DNA from: Candidatus Sumerlaeaceae bacterium
GTDB taxonomy: Bacteria; Sumerlaeota; Sumerlaeia; Sumerlaeales; Sumerlaeaceae
Length of the DNA stretch: 64,000 bases
NCBI GenBank assembly: GCA_051003195.1
Contig: JBPCLP010000053.1
Span: 64,001 to 128,000 of the forward strand
Direction of reading: 5' to 3'
Under the pieces are notes generated by a model that was not told where the DNA came from, did not search any database, and saw nothing but the letters and a program-made list of their open reading frames with translations. Shown here piece after piece: positions 37,975 to 47,748 of this stretch (the first letter of the stretch is position 1; every line of letters begins with the position of its first letter). A program made the position numbers and the translations under genes.

Positions 37975-39582
37975 ATGCACTGCGATCTGCTCATTCAAAA
38001 TGCCACGATTGTAGACGGAACCGGTTCACCCGCTTTCGACGGAGATATCACTGTCACCGGTGACCGTATTATCCGCGTATTCGATGCCAGCCGGCAGCAG
38101 CGCTTTGAAGGCGAGGCGGCGAAAGTTATCGACGCACGAGGGCGGATCGCAACGCCGGGTTTCATCGATGTCCATTCCCACAGCGACATTAACATCCTGG
38201 CGAATCCAAACGGTGAGAGCAAATTACGCCAGGGCATCACGACAGAGATCGTCGGCAACTGCGGCTTTAGTGCGTTCCCGCTGCGAGGCGCCACCCTGGC
38301 TGAAGAAGCAGAAGTTAACCGGAAGGTAGGCGTCGAGACAACCTGGGATACCGCGGATGGGTACTTCCGTACTTTGGAGCAGGCACGTCCGGCGTTTAAC
38401 ATCGCCACATTTGTCGGTCATGGTAATATCCGCGGTTCAGTCGTGGGCTTTGATGATCGCCCTTGCACTCCCGACGAACTGAAGGTCATGATCCGTGAGG
38501 TGGAAGACGCGATGGATGCCGGCGCGCTTGGCCTCTCGACCGGTCTTATCTATACTCCCGGGATGTTCGCGGAAGTAAGCGAAATTGTGGAGCTGCAGAA
38601 AGCAGCCGAGGCGAAAGGCGGAATGTATGCTTCGCACGTGCGTGGCGAGGGAGACACTCTGCTGGAAGCCGCGGATGAGTTTATGACGATTGTAGACCAG
38701 GCGAGATGCCAGGGACAGTTCAGTCACCTTAAGGCAAGTGGTCCGCGCAACTGGGGCAAAGTTGCACGAGTCATAGAGCAAATTGAACAGGCGAACGCAC
38801 GCGGAGGTGATGTCCGGTTTGACAAGTATCCTTATGTCGCATCCAGCACGGAGCTGGCGTCGCTTTTACCGCGCTGGGTTCGCAATGGTGGCCGCGATAG
38901 TGCGATGGAGCGCCTGAGCGACGCCACCAACAAGGACGGCATCATCCATGAATCGGAGCAGATCAACGAGGGCAAAGACGGCTGGGATTCAGTCCTGATC
39001 TGCGAAGCGGGTGCTCCTGAGTTTGAAAAATACCAGGGTCAAAGTGTCGGCGAAATTGCGCGGCAGCTGGGTCTGGCGGGCGGAGAAGCGTTTATCGAAC
39101 TACTCCGGGCATCGCGGCTCTCGACGTCTATTTGCAACTTCACGATGAGCGAGGATGAGACGGACATGGCCATCCTGCACCCGCTTGGCATGGTTTGCTC
39201 GGACGCGGCGTGCCGTGCTCCCTACGGTGCACTGTTGTACGATTGTCCGCACCCGCGCGCCTATGGCACCTTCGGACGTTTCTTCCGTGACTACGTAAAG
39301 ACGCGCAAGCTGCTGACGCTCGAGCAGGCAGTGCACAAGGTAACCGCCTTTTCCTGCGATACGTTCGGACTGAAAAACCGTGGACGCATCGCGGCCGGCA
39401 ATTATGCGGACCTGCTCGTGATCGATTTTCCGCGATATACCGACAAGGCTGAGTTCGCCAGGCCGCATCAGTACTGCGAGGGCATCGATGCGATTATCGT
39501 AAATGGTGTCCTTACACTGGAGGGCGACCAGCACACAGGCAATCGGGGCGGCAAGGTACTGCGGCGAAATGCCACGCCTTAA
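37975..39582 (+). CDS. N-acyl-D-amino-acid deacylase (amidohydrolase)
   Basis: PGFIDVHSHSD, GITTEIVGNCGFS, GLSTGLIYTPG, HPRAYGTF. Confidence 0.88.
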   Translation: MHCDLLIQNATIVDGTGSPAFDGDITVTGDRIIRVFDASRQQRFEGEAAKVIDARGRIATPGFIDVHSHSDINILANPNGESKLRQGITTEIVGNCGFSAFPLRGATLAEEAEVNRKVGVETTWDTADGYFRTLEQARPAFNIATFVGHGNIRGSVVGFDDRPCTPDELKVMIREVEDAMDAGALGLSTGLIYTPGMFAEVSEIVELQKAAEAKGGMYASHVRGEGDTLLEAADEFMTIVDQARCQGQFSHLKASGPRNWGKVARVIEQIEQANARGGDVRFDKYPYVASSTELASLLPRWVRNGGRDSAMERLSDATNKDGIIHESEQINEGKDGWDSVLICEAGAPEFEKYQGQSVGEIARQLGLAGGEAFIELLRASRLSTSICNFTMSEDETDMAILHPLGMVCSDAACRAPYGALLYDCPHPRAYGTFGRFFRDYVKTRKLLTLEQAVHKVTAFSCDTFGLKNRGRIAAGNYADLLVIDFPRYTDKAEFARPHQYCEGIDAIIVNGVLTLEGDQHTGNRGGKVLRRNATP

Positions 39583-40277
39583 ATTGTGCCCAGGTACGGG
39601 ACCAGCCTTCCGTCTTCGATCGTCAGCTTGCGCACGCCAAACTGCTCGACGAGCGGGTCGTGCGTCACAACGACAATCGTCGTCCCGTGACTGCGATTGT
39701 AGTTTAAAAGCAGCTCGTAAATTTCCATGCTCGTTGCAGTGTCCAGGCTACCTGTAGGTTCGTCCGCCAGGATAAGTCGCGGCTGGTTGGCTATCGCGCG
39801 TGCAATCGCCACGCGCTGCTTCTGCCCCCCCGATAGCCGGTTCGCCGGGCTGTTGACGAGCTGCCCCAGGCCCACCTCGCCCAGTGCAACACGCGCACGC
39901 TGCCTCGCCTGCGCCACCGACATTTCTCCAAACAACAGTGGTACCATTACGTTTTCCATCGCGCTGCGTAACGAACGCAGGAAGAAGCTCTGGAATATGA
40001 ATCCCACGGTTTTGTTACGGAAGGCCGACAACCCGGCATCGTCCATGGTCTCCAGGTGCGTACCCGAGAACAAAAGCTCGCCACTGTTCGGACGATCCAA
40101 CCCACCGAGCAGGTTCAGGACCGTCGTTTTTCCAACGCCGCTTCTGCCAACGAGCGCCACGAACTCCCCGGAGTTGATCTGGAAATCCGCTGATTCCAGG
40201 ATGCGAACGGTCCGTTCAGCAGAGACGTATTGCTTCGAAATATTTCGGCCTTCGATCAGTGTTTCCACATCTGCCAT
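39579..40277 (-). CDS. ABC transporter ATP-binding protein (LolD/MacB-like)
   Basis: [38 protein letters not shown]. Confidence 0.9.
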   Translation of the reverse strand: MADVETLIEGRNISKQYVSAERTVRILESADFQINSGEFVALVGRSGVGKTTVLNLLGGLDRPNSGELLFSGTHLETMDDAGLSAFRNKTVGFIFQSFFLRSLRSAMENVMVPLLFGEMSVAQARQRARVALGEVGLGQLVNSPANRLSGGQKQRVAIARAIANQPRLILADEPTGSLDTATSMEIYELLLNYNRSHGTTIVVVTHDPLVEQFGVRKLTIEDGRLVPYLGTI

Positions 40278-40397
40278 GTCGCCGGTCACCCCATTGACAA
40301 CACAGAGCGGATGCTACAGAAAAGCACAGGCGGCGCAAAAGTTACTTCGCCTCGCAAAAACTGTTTATTTCCGTATTCCACACAACACGCTGCCGGT

Positions 40398-40901
40398 GTG
40401 AAGAACATCTTGAGATCAATTCTACGAACACCACCGGACGTGGATCTGCGCTCCCATGTGCAGGACTGGCTGTGGAAGCATATTTTTCGCATAAATAACG
40501 GTGTTCCATGGCCCGTTCACTTTACATCGCGCGTGGTTGCGTGGCAGAAGATCACGTGCGGCAGGGGAAGCTATCCGGGTGACATGCCGGGATGCTACGT
40601 CCAGGGCATCAATGGAATCGTCATTGGTGATGGCTGTCAGTTTGGACCGGGCGTGGGAATTATCAGTGCCAATCACAATCCGGACAATCTTGCCGAGCAC
40701 CTTCCCGCCCCTCCCATCCAAATCGGCAGTCGCTCGTGGATCGGGATGAACGCGGTCATTTTGCCAGGCGTGGTATTGGGTCCGGAAACGATTGTGGGCG
40801 CCGGCAGTATTGTTACACACAGTTTTCCTGAAGGGCGGTGTGTAGTTGCCGGCAACCCGGCCGTGGTAGTAAGACGCGCGCTTCCGGCTAGCGTGGTCTA
40901 G
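40398..40901 (+). CDS. Hexapeptide-repeat acyltransferase
   Basis: [36 protein letters not shown]; stop codon lies inside a MITE. Confidence 0.8.
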   Translation: MKNILRSILRTPPDVDLRSHVQDWLWKHIFRINNGVPWPVHFTSRVVAWQKITCGRGSYPGDMPGCYVQGINGIVIGDGCQFGPGVGIISANHNPDNLAEHLPAPPIQIGSRSWIGMNAVILPGVVLGPETIVGAGSIVTHSFPEGRCVVAGNPAVVVRRALPASVV

Positions 40902-40986
40902 CATTAGTTCGCAGTCGGTTCTGCGTGCCGAATCGAGGTCAAATCTGCCCCTTGGTCTGGTAAGGAGCTACTGATCGGCACACTAG
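40888..40986 (+). mobile_element. ~99-bp CTAG-ended MITE-like element, copy 1
   Basis: CTAGcgtggtctagcattagttcg...ttctgcgtgccgaa...atcggcacaCTAG. Confidence 0.7.
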
Positions 40987-41981
40987 CGGCGTGTGATTCG
41001 GGCGATTTTCCGGCCGAGTTTCACGTGCAGACCGCGGTAATACTCGGCCTGGTAAAAGGTTCGGAGTATCGGGTCGAAGCCTTCCTTGAACCGCGCAATC
41101 GATGGAATGTTGGCACCGACAAGATCCAACTTTTTGATTCCATCCTTTCGAAGCATCTCCGCCAGCCGCCAGATCATAAGGGAACTGACCCCGCTCTGCA
41201 GATGGTCGGGCAACGTCGAAGCAACCGCGTAATAGGCTACCTCTTTAAAATGCAGCGCGGTGATAAATGAGATCAACTTTCCGTCTTTAGTTGCGGTCAG
41301 GTGCTTCCGATACGGCTGTAGTGCCTCCCCCTCGACAATCTCCAGGAAAAAGCTCTCCGCCACCGGGCAGTTCTCTCCGTGCTTGCGAAACGTTTCCGCA
41401 AAGATGCTGAAGGCATCCGCCCCCGGAGGCGCACTGCTGATCACAAAAGCTGCCTTCTCTGCTTTTTTGATGTGGCGGCGCACGTGGCCTTCCAGCCGGA
41501 GCCACTGTTCTGCGGCCGGAAACTGCAGGTCCATTTCGTAAGTGAAACGCGGCGAAACCGTGTATCCGGCCGCCTGCAGAAGGCGAACGTCCTGTAGTTC
41601 CGGCGCGTTCACAATCAACTGGTAGGAGTACCTCTCGCACATCCACCTGGTGAGAGCGGTGAGCACCTCGGCATCATTGGAAATTTGTCCGGAGAGTTTT
41701 TCATCCACGTGATGCCGCAAGAAGAATCCAACATACGGCGTCAACAGCGGCGTTACGGCCGTTCGCTGGCGCATCCGGGTTCGCTCCAGCGCCACACACC
41801 CCCCCACCAGTTTGCCGGCGGTAAAGGCACCCACGAACACCAGCTTGCCATCCTGGTACCTACCATCGATTGCAGCCTTATAGGCTGCGGTGTGATAAAC
41901 GGTTCCCTGCGGGGAATCCAGTACGAGCGCATCCCATTCCGGCAATTCGGTGCTCTCCAACTGGCGGCATTCCACCGGCAC
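40983..41981 (-). CDS. GNAT-family (FemAB-like) acyltransferase
   Basis: WDALV..SPQGTVYH, PLLTPYVG, LDLVGANIPSIARFKEGF. Confidence 0.8.
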   Translation of the reverse strand: MPVECRQLESTELPEWDALVLDSPQGTVYHTAAYKAAIDGRYQDGKLVFVGAFTAGKLVGGCVALERTRMRQRTAVTPLLTPYVGFFLRHHVDEKLSGQISNDAEVLTALTRWMCERYSYQLIVNAPELQDVRLLQAAGYTVSPRFTYEMDLQFPAAEQWLRLEGHVRRHIKKAEKAAFVISSAPPGADAFSIFAETFRKHGENCPVAESFFLEIVEGEALQPYRKHLTATKDGKLISFITALHFKEVAYYAVASTLPDHLQSGVSSLMIWRLAEMLRKDGIKKLDLVGANIPSIARFKEGFDPILRTFYQAEYYRGLHVKLGRKIARITRR

Positions 41982-43102
41982 TATAACCCCGCCTTTGCAG
42001 CCAGTTGATCATACAAAGCCATGTAGGACTCGACCATCCGCCGGCGGCTGAACTGTTCCGCAATTCGTAGCCGCGCCGCCGCCCCGAGACGCCTGCGCTC
42101 CCCGGCGTCTTTCAATAAATCGATAATCGCTTTCTCCAGGCCGGCAGAGCCCTCCGTATAGACTATACCTGAGTCGGCGACCAGCTCCGGTAAACCGCCC
42201 GCATTTGCGACTACGACCGGCAGACCGCATGCCATCGCTTCACCGATAGCCATGCCGAAGGATTCACGCTGCGACGGCTGTACGTATACATCGCACGCGC
42301 GCAGGCAGCCCGCGGCATCGTTAGTTTTCCCAGGCAGCTTAAACACTGGCGTGAGACTCATCAGCCCAATGGCTGCTTCGAGATCTTCGCGTAACGGGCC
42401 TTCTCCCCAGATCACAAATCGCGCTGAGGGACAACTCTTCGAAATGGCGGCGGCCGCACGCAGCAATTCCATATACCCTTTTACGGGCCGCAGGTTGCCG
42501 AGTGAGCCGATAACCTGGATGGCGAAAACATCGTCATCGGGAAACAGCTCGCGGCGCACATCCAGCCCGGACGTCTCCTCGCACGAACTGAACTGCTCAG
42601 TATCGATTCCGTTCGGGAGAACCTGGACCTTCTGCGATGAAATTCCATTGTCGCGCAGTTCGTCCGCAGCCGAACCTGAGACCGCGGCAAAGCAATCTAC
42701 GTAGCGCGCAGACAACCGAAACAGGCGCGGAGCAACGAATGAAGCGACCCTCCCCTTCTCCTCCCATTCATGAACACCATGGTGGCCGGCCACCACGACG
42801 GGCACACCTGCGAGTTTAGCAACGGGCGCACCGACGATGGTCGGCCTGGCCAGGATCGTATGCACCAGGTGCGGCTTGAAGCCCTTCAACGTCTTTCGCA
42901 GCCGGACCAATGACTTATCGACTGAAGTCGGCGCAATTCCGTCACGTTGTAACTCCACTTCCAGCGGTCCCGTGCGCGACCATGCCATCATTACTACTTC
43001 GTGGCCACGGTTCACGCTCCCTCTGGCGATCTCTCTACACAAGAGAGTTGGCGAGTCATGCTCGAATGCGTTCACCAGGTAAAGGATACGAAGGCGGCTC
43101 AC
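41981..43102 (-). CDS. GT4 glycosyltransferase
   Basis: LPNGID, LRPVKG, PSQRESFGMAIGEAMACGLPVV. Confidence 0.9.
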   Translation of the reverse strand: MSRLRILYLVNAFEHDSPTLLCREIARGSVNRGHEVVMMAWSRTGPLEVELQRDGIAPTSVDKSLVRLRKTLKGFKPHLVHTILARPTIVGAPVAKLAGVPVVVAGHHGVHEWEEKGRVASFVAPRLFRLSARYVDCFAAVSGSAADELRDNGISSQKVQVLPNGIDTEQFSSCEETSGLDVRRELFPDDDVFAIQVIGSLGNLRPVKGYMELLRAAAAISKSCPSARFVIWGEGPLREDLEAAIGLMSLTPVFKLPGKTNDAAGCLRACDVYVQPSQRESFGMAIGEAMACGLPVVVANAGGLPELVADSGIVYTEGSAGLEKAIIDLLKDAGERRRLGAAARLRIAEQFSRRRMVESYMALYDQLAAKAGL

Positions 43103-43148
43103 TTCAATGGCCGGTGCTTTTCATGTGCTGCTTTAGTTGCCGCGCGCA

Positions 43149-43892
43149 CTAATTGTCGTCATCGGAGTCGCGCGTGAACCCGTACTTCTTGATGCGCTTG
43201 CGTAACGTATTGCGCGTGATGCCTAAAAACTTCGCGGCCTTCGACTGGTTCCCTTTGCACGATTGCAGCGCGCGTTGGATGAGGTGACGCTCCACGACAT
43301 CAAACGCGTCCAGGCCTTCTTCAAGCGGCTGGCGGCGCGCGATTTCCTCGAACAGCAGATCGAATACGCCATCACCCGCCAGTTGCGAACCTGACAGCGT
43401 TTCACCCAGCGTCGCCTCGAGTGTGGAGGTCGCTGATCGGCCGCGCGAATCCGCGGGTTCGTCGAACGGGGCGGCGCGCGTAACCGGTTTTCCCGCGGCT
43501 GCCTGCCTTCCAAGCCGCGAAGCTTCCAGAGCCGAAGCTACAACCTGGCGGATGCGGCTGACATCGAACGGCTTCATGATGCAATCGAACGCCCCGGCCT
43601 GCACCGCCTCGCTGGCAATGCGCAGTGATCCGTATGCTGTCATGAGAACCACGGGAACGTTGGAGCCGCTGCGCCGCATTTTTGTCAGTGTGGCCAATCC
43701 GCTACCGCCCGGCATCCGAACATCCATCAGCACTACATCAGGTCGCGCCGACTTCAGGACATTCATGGCCTGCTCGCCTGAACGCGCCTCGACGATCTCG
43801 AACTCTGGAGGCCGGAAAACGCGCGTGAAAGAGTACGCAACATCCGGATCGTCGTCCACGACCAGCAGTTTGCTGCGCGCGCCAGCGCTCAA
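43149..43892 (-). CDS. Response regulator with Fis-type HTH and no AAA+ domain
   Basis: VVDDD, LMDVRMPG, MTAYG, KPFD; C-terminal GNQSKAAKFLGITRNTLRKRI. Confidence 0.85.
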   Translation of the reverse strand: MSAGARSKLLVVDDDPDVAYSFTRVFRPPEFEIVEARSGEQAMNVLKSARPDVVLMDVRMPGGSGLATLTKMRRSGSNVPVVLMTAYGSLRIASEAVQAGAFDCIMKPFDVSRIRQVVASALEASRLGRQAAAGKPVTRAAPFDEPADSRGRSATSTLEATLGETLSGSQLAGDGVFDLLFEEIARRQPLEEGLDAFDVVERHLIQRALQSCKGNQSKAAKFLGITRNTLRKRIKKYGFTRDSDDDN

Positions 43893-45658
43893 CTTTCACT
43901 CTCCTCTTCGGTCAGCGGCAGGTTGACCGCGAACGAAGCGCCTTCCCCCGGCGCACTGCGCACGCTGATTTTTCCATCATACTGCGACAGCAGTTTTTGT
44001 GAAACGAACAGTCCGAGCCCGACTCCAGCCTCACGGCCGGTCACGAACGGCAGGAAAATCTGCTCCTGCAATTCGGGAGTCATGCCGACGCCGGTATCCC
44101 GCACCACGACGCGCACCAGCGGCTGCTCACCCGATCGTTTGCGCGGAGGCGTGACCACGCTCTCCACCGTCAGGATTCCGCCATGCGACATGGCTTCGAT
44201 CGCGTTCAGCACGAGGTTCAGAAAAACCTGGTCCATGTGTCCCCGGTCCACCAGCACGGCCGGAAGATCGGGCGCCAATTGTTTGTGCACCAGAATCCGC
44301 TTCGCGGAAACGCTGTGCTGCACAAGGAAGAGCACCTCTTCGAGCACGACGTTGAGGTCGACCCATTCAAGTCGCATGCCCCGGCGCTTTGCAAATCCCA
44401 GCACCTGCGACACGATGCGATTGATCCGCTCCAGCTTGTCCAGGATCAGCGTCACATCCTTCGCGCGGCCGGGAGCAATGGCACCTTCCTCGCGCAGCGA
44501 GTGCATCAGCATGGTGATGATCGTTACGGGGTTGCGTATCTCGTGGGCGATCTCCGCGCTCAGCGTACCCAGCGTCGCCAGGCGATCGGTTGTCCGGATG
44601 CTTTGCTCGGCAGTAATCACGCGCTCGTATCGCCGCGCGTTCTCAATAGCGATACCGCACAGCGATGCGAATGCATTGAGCAGGCGCATCTCGTCCGGCT
44701 CAAACTGCCTCACACGATCGGCGTACACGTTGAGAATACCCACCAGGCTTTCCTGGAAGAAGATCGGGATTGTGAGAAGCGACGTAGGCTTTGCACGCGC
44801 GGGAACTTTTCCCGGTTTCCGGTGCTCGGGGCGCTTTACCTCGAACACCTGCACCGGTTGGCGTTTGCCCAACATATCGCCAAGCAGACCTTCCGGCAGA
44901 ACCGACGTTGGCCGCTGAACGTAACGGCCCGCCGACCCGGACGCGGCGCTCAACACCATCTCGCGGCTGTCGTTGATCAGCAGTACTGAACACTGTTTCA
45001 CATCCATGACGCCCAGCAGCGAATCGGTGATGCGGTTTAATATGTCCGGCAACGGGTCGGGCGAGATCAGCGCCTGCCCGACATCGAATAGCGTCTCCAG
45101 CCTGCGAGTCTGCTCGGTCAGCCGATCGTAAAGCCGGGAGGTGTGGATCATCCGCGCGGCCTGGTTAGCGACGGCAAACAGCAGCTTCTCGTCGTCCTCG
45201 CTGAATGCCGTTCCATCGTTTGAATTCAGGTGCAGCACACCGGCCACTTTGCCATCGATACGCAGCGGTGCAGCCATTTGCGACGTGCCGGCAACCCGCT
45301 GGTTCTTCGATCCGGTTGCCGCCTCAACGCGTACGCAGTGTGCCTGCTGCACGGCTTCACCCCACACGCCGTCCAACGGAAGCAACGCGTCGATGTCTGT
45401 GCCGGGCAGATCCTGCGCTGCCGCAATTCGCAGCGACTGCCCGTCGTCGGAAAGGAACCCGATGAACCCGCTCATCGCTGGAAGCGCAGAGATCGTCTCG
45501 CGCAGGATGCGGCGCAGGAGTGTCGCTGAATTCGTGGTCGAATTTATAAGGTCGGCAATACGGTACAGTACCTTGAGCCGATGTTCGCGGTCGAACCCGG
45601 CTTTGGTAGTGTTTCCGTTGGCAGGAAGGGTCACGGGAGCATGGCTAAATGCCGCCAC
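43889..45658 (-). CDS. Two-GAF sensor histidine kinase (NtrB-like)
   Basis: Two GAF domains, IAHEIRNP, QVFLNLVLNA, DTGVG, GVGLGL. Confidence 0.9.
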   Translation of the reverse strand: MAAFSHAPVTLPANGNTTKAGFDREHRLKVLYRIADLINSTTNSATLLRRILRETISALPAMSGFIGFLSDDGQSLRIAAAQDLPGTDIDALLPLDGVWGEAVQQAHCVRVEAATGSKNQRVAGTSQMAAPLRIDGKVAGVLHLNSNDGTAFSEDDEKLLFAVANQAARMIHTSRLYDRLTEQTRRLETLFDVGQALISPDPLPDILNRITDSLLGVMDVKQCSVLLINDSREMVLSAASGSAGRYVQRPTSVLPEGLLGDMLGKRQPVQVFEVKRPEHRKPGKVPARAKPTSLLTIPIFFQESLVGILNVYADRVRQFEPDEMRLLNAFASLCGIAIENARRYERVITAEQSIRTTDRLATLGTLSAEIAHEIRNPVTIITMLMHSLREEGAIAPGRAKDVTLILDKLERINRIVSQVLGFAKRRGMRLEWVDLNVVLEEVLFLVQHSVSAKRILVHKQLAPDLPAVLVDRGHMDQVFLNLVLNAIEAMSHGGILTVESVVTPPRKRSGEQPLVRVVVRDTGVGMTPELQEQIFLPFVTGREAGVGLGLFVSQKLLSQYDGKISVRSAPGEGASFAVNLPLTEEESES

Positions 45659-45688
45659 CAGAGAAATCCAGTGGTAAAATAGAACCAG

Positions 45689-45744
45689 TCAGTGTGGTCT
45701 ACCGTTAGATCGTAATCTGTTTTGTGTGCCGAACGTGCGCAGAA
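45689..45744 (+). mobile_element. MITE-like element, copy 2 (left half only)
   Basis: tcagtgtggtctaccgttagatcgtaatctgttttgtgtgccgaacgtgcgcagaa. Confidence 0.65.
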
Positions 45745-45802
45745 CTTCCGAAATCGGGAGTTGTCCGCGCGATCTCAAGGCTCGCTTTCAAAGTGCATGA
45801 TT

Positions 45803-46171
45803 TCAACCGTCCTTGATTTTCGAATCTGGTTTCCGCATATGGCGATAGGCACGTAAGCAGCGTGGAATCAACCAGAACCATTGCAAGTACCCACAAGCCG
45901 CAAAAATTGCCCAGTTCATAACTAAAATAATTTCTATTGGGATTATTTCTGGAGCAAGATCTCCGATGGCAGCACAACAGACAGTACCTAGTAAGCTCAG
46001 CGGGAAAGCAGCGACAATCATATACCAAGTTAGTAGCAGGTCTATATCTCGATGACCGTGGCGGTCTATGTACCACAAGAAAGCAACCAATGGTATGACC
46101 ATGAATAATGCCCATACAGCCTTGGCGAACGGCATTCCTATCGAAAATCGGCGAGCCCGCACGTTTGACAT
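45803..46171 (-). CDS. Small membrane protein, putative polymorphic-toxin immunity protein
   Basis: AT-richer than neighbours; three TM segments with FPLS and GYLQWFWLIP; TAATG coupling to the upstream fragment. Confidence 0.55.
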   Translation of the reverse strand: MSNVRARRFSIGMPFAKAVWALFMVIPLVAFLWYIDRHGHRDIDLLLTWYMIVAAFPLSLLGTVCCAAIGDLAPEIIPIEIILVMNWAIFAACGYLQWFWLIPRCLRAYRHMRKPDSKIKDG

Positions 46172-46320
46172 TACTTGCCCTTGCATTCTTTTAAACAGTC
46201 CCTGTAGACATCGTCTGCCCATTCTTGACAATTAGTGCGGGGCCCACAAAGCCCAGAATTAGGTCTCTTTCCCTTTCGTTTCTCATCAAGCAGGCATCGA
46301 TAGATCTGTGAGATGTGGGG
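46171..46320 (-). pseudogene. Putative RHS/polymorphic toxin C-terminal remnant
   Basis: ...GPRTNCQEWADDVYRDCLKECKGK*; Cys-rich NCQxWA tip, no intact N-terminus. Confidence 0.4.
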
Positions 46321-46391
46321 ACTGAGATGGGGGGACGGCTTCCGATGTTGATTCCGGTTGAGCTTTGCGGTGGCGGTTTTGTGGTAGTTGC

Positions 46392-46545
46392 ATGGCTCGG
46401 CTTGCAAGGGTAGCGGTCCCGGGATATTGTTACCACGTTACGCATAAGGGAAACCGTCGCGCGCGCATTTTCTTCGAAGCCGAGGACCGTGAGCACTTGT
46501 GGGCGGCTGTGCGATACGTGGAGCTCAACCCGGTTCGCGCGGCGG
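46392..46545 (+). pseudogene. Internally deleted RAYT/IS200-like Y1 transposase
   Basis: MARLARVAVPGYCYHVTHKGNRRARIFFEAED joined directly to EHLWAAVRYVELNPVRA; HUH core missing. Confidence 0.75.
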
Positions 46546-46641
46546 CCTGTGGTTGTGTTTATACGAAGCTGTTCCGCCTGCTGTGGGCTGATTCCTGTTG
46601 CGAGAAATTCTGGCACTCCTGGGAAACTATTGCCGCACGCT

Positions 46642-46700
46642 CCGCCGGCGCGAAGCGCTTTGGAGTGCGAAAGCTTGCTTTCGCTTTCCCTGAAGCTACC
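46642..46700 (+). repeat. REP (TGGAGTGCG family) on the 3' side of the RAYT
   Basis: gaagcgctttggagtgcgaaagcttgctttcgctttccctgaagctacc; hairpin gcgaaagc/gctttcgc. Confidence 0.85.
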
Positions 46701-46715
46701 CGAAAATGCCCGCTT

Positions 46716-47372
46716 TCAGAAGTCATCCGGCACGTTAAGCTTATCAATCTTGAACGACAACACCGACCGGCTAAAAGCCTGTGATGCCTCCTGGATAAAC
46801 CAGCTCATGGAGCACCAGGGATAATCTTCTGCACGGCTTACCACACCGTGGCGTTCCGGGTTGCGGTGCACCTGGTGTGCCGAATCAGAAGTTCCTATCC
46901 AGTTTGAGCGTGGAAGATGAGCTCAATTCGGCACACAGAACCGAATACGAATTAATGGTAGACCACACAAGTGCAACCGAGCCAAATAACTTTGCTGGTA
47001 GGTTAGGCACGTATCGCGAAAGTTCCACCACACCTGGCGCCCCGGTGTTGCGTCGAGGTTGTTCAAGGTTATGGCCGTTTTGCTGTGGAGTGACTGCAGC
47101 ATCTCGGTGAGGTTCTCGCGGCCATTGCGGGACTGTAACACAACGTGGTAGTGGTTGATGAGAACGGCCCAGGCTTCCAGCCGCCAACCGAATTCCTCGG
47201 CGTGGTCGAACAGCGCGTTGCGCACGATCGTGAGGTGGCCTGGGGTATGGAGCGTGTGGTGTTTGAGGTACGTTCCGCACGTAACCAGATAGCTGGTATT
47301 CGGCACGAAGCGATGGGGCGGTGCGTGTGGCCAGTTTCGGTGGATGAGGTCGGGTGGTGTTTTTTCCTGCAT
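46716..47372 (-). pseudogene. REP-associated tyrosine transposase (RAYT) interrupted by a MITE
   Basis: WPHAPPH..YLVTCGT..WAVLINHYH..WWNFRDTCLT..SYLARLH [insert] VHRNPERHGVV..EDYPWCS..NVPDDF*; both halves in one frame. Confidence 0.88.
46872..46971 (-). mobile_element. MITE-like element, copy 3, inside the RAYT
   Basis: Minus strand: cttgtgtggtctaccattaattcg...ttctgtgtgccgaa...gaacttctgattcggcacaccag. Confidence 0.8.
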
Positions 47373-47382
47373 GGGGCTTTTT

Positions 47383-47450
47383 GGTAGCTTCAGGAAAAGC
47401 GAAAGCAAGCTTTCGCACTCCAAAGCGCTTCGCGCCGGCGGGTTGCACGG
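47383..47450 (-). repeat. REP (TGGAGTGCG family) on the 5' side of the RAYT, inverted relative to 46642-46700
   Basis: ggtagcttcaggaaaagcgaaagcaagctttcgcactccaaagcgcttcgcgccggcgg. Confidence 0.85.
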
Positions 47451-47526
47451 GCTAGGGCCGTTGCTCGACGTCATATGCTGATGAGGAGTTTGTTCGTCGA
47501 GCGTCGCAGAGAGGACGGTCGCCTAC

Positions 47527-47595
47527 GTCCCGTAACGAATCTTGTGGTGAAACATCGATGATGATAGCAAATTAATTAGTGCAAACATCAACCGT
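47527..47595. repeat. ~70-bp dispersed repeat, copy 2
   Basis: Matches 8195-8261, including tagcaaattaattagtg. Confidence 0.8.
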
Positions 47596-47748
47596 ACACG
47601 AAGTTTCGTCCTCGAATTTTCGAACGAGAATCCGTAGAACCCGGCAGAATTAATGCGTACCTGTCCCCGAGTTTCGCCCGAGTTTCTGGAAGAATAGCGC
47701 ACGAGACGCACTGCCGCGCGTTCGTGCCTGTTGGCCTGCGTATCAGGC

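Noticed and set aside
45704..45745. Integron attC sites (GTTAGAT resembles GTTRRRY)
   Set aside because: The motif is not conserved in the other MITE copies, there is no matching RYYYAAC, and no intI is present
6348..46971. Genome-wide TAG recoding, suggested by in-frame TAG at 6348 and 13301 and the TAG-like RAYT junction
   Set aside because: Several well-conserved genes end at TAG exactly where their families end (18251, 23376, 25983), and no pyl genes or suppressor tRNA are in the window
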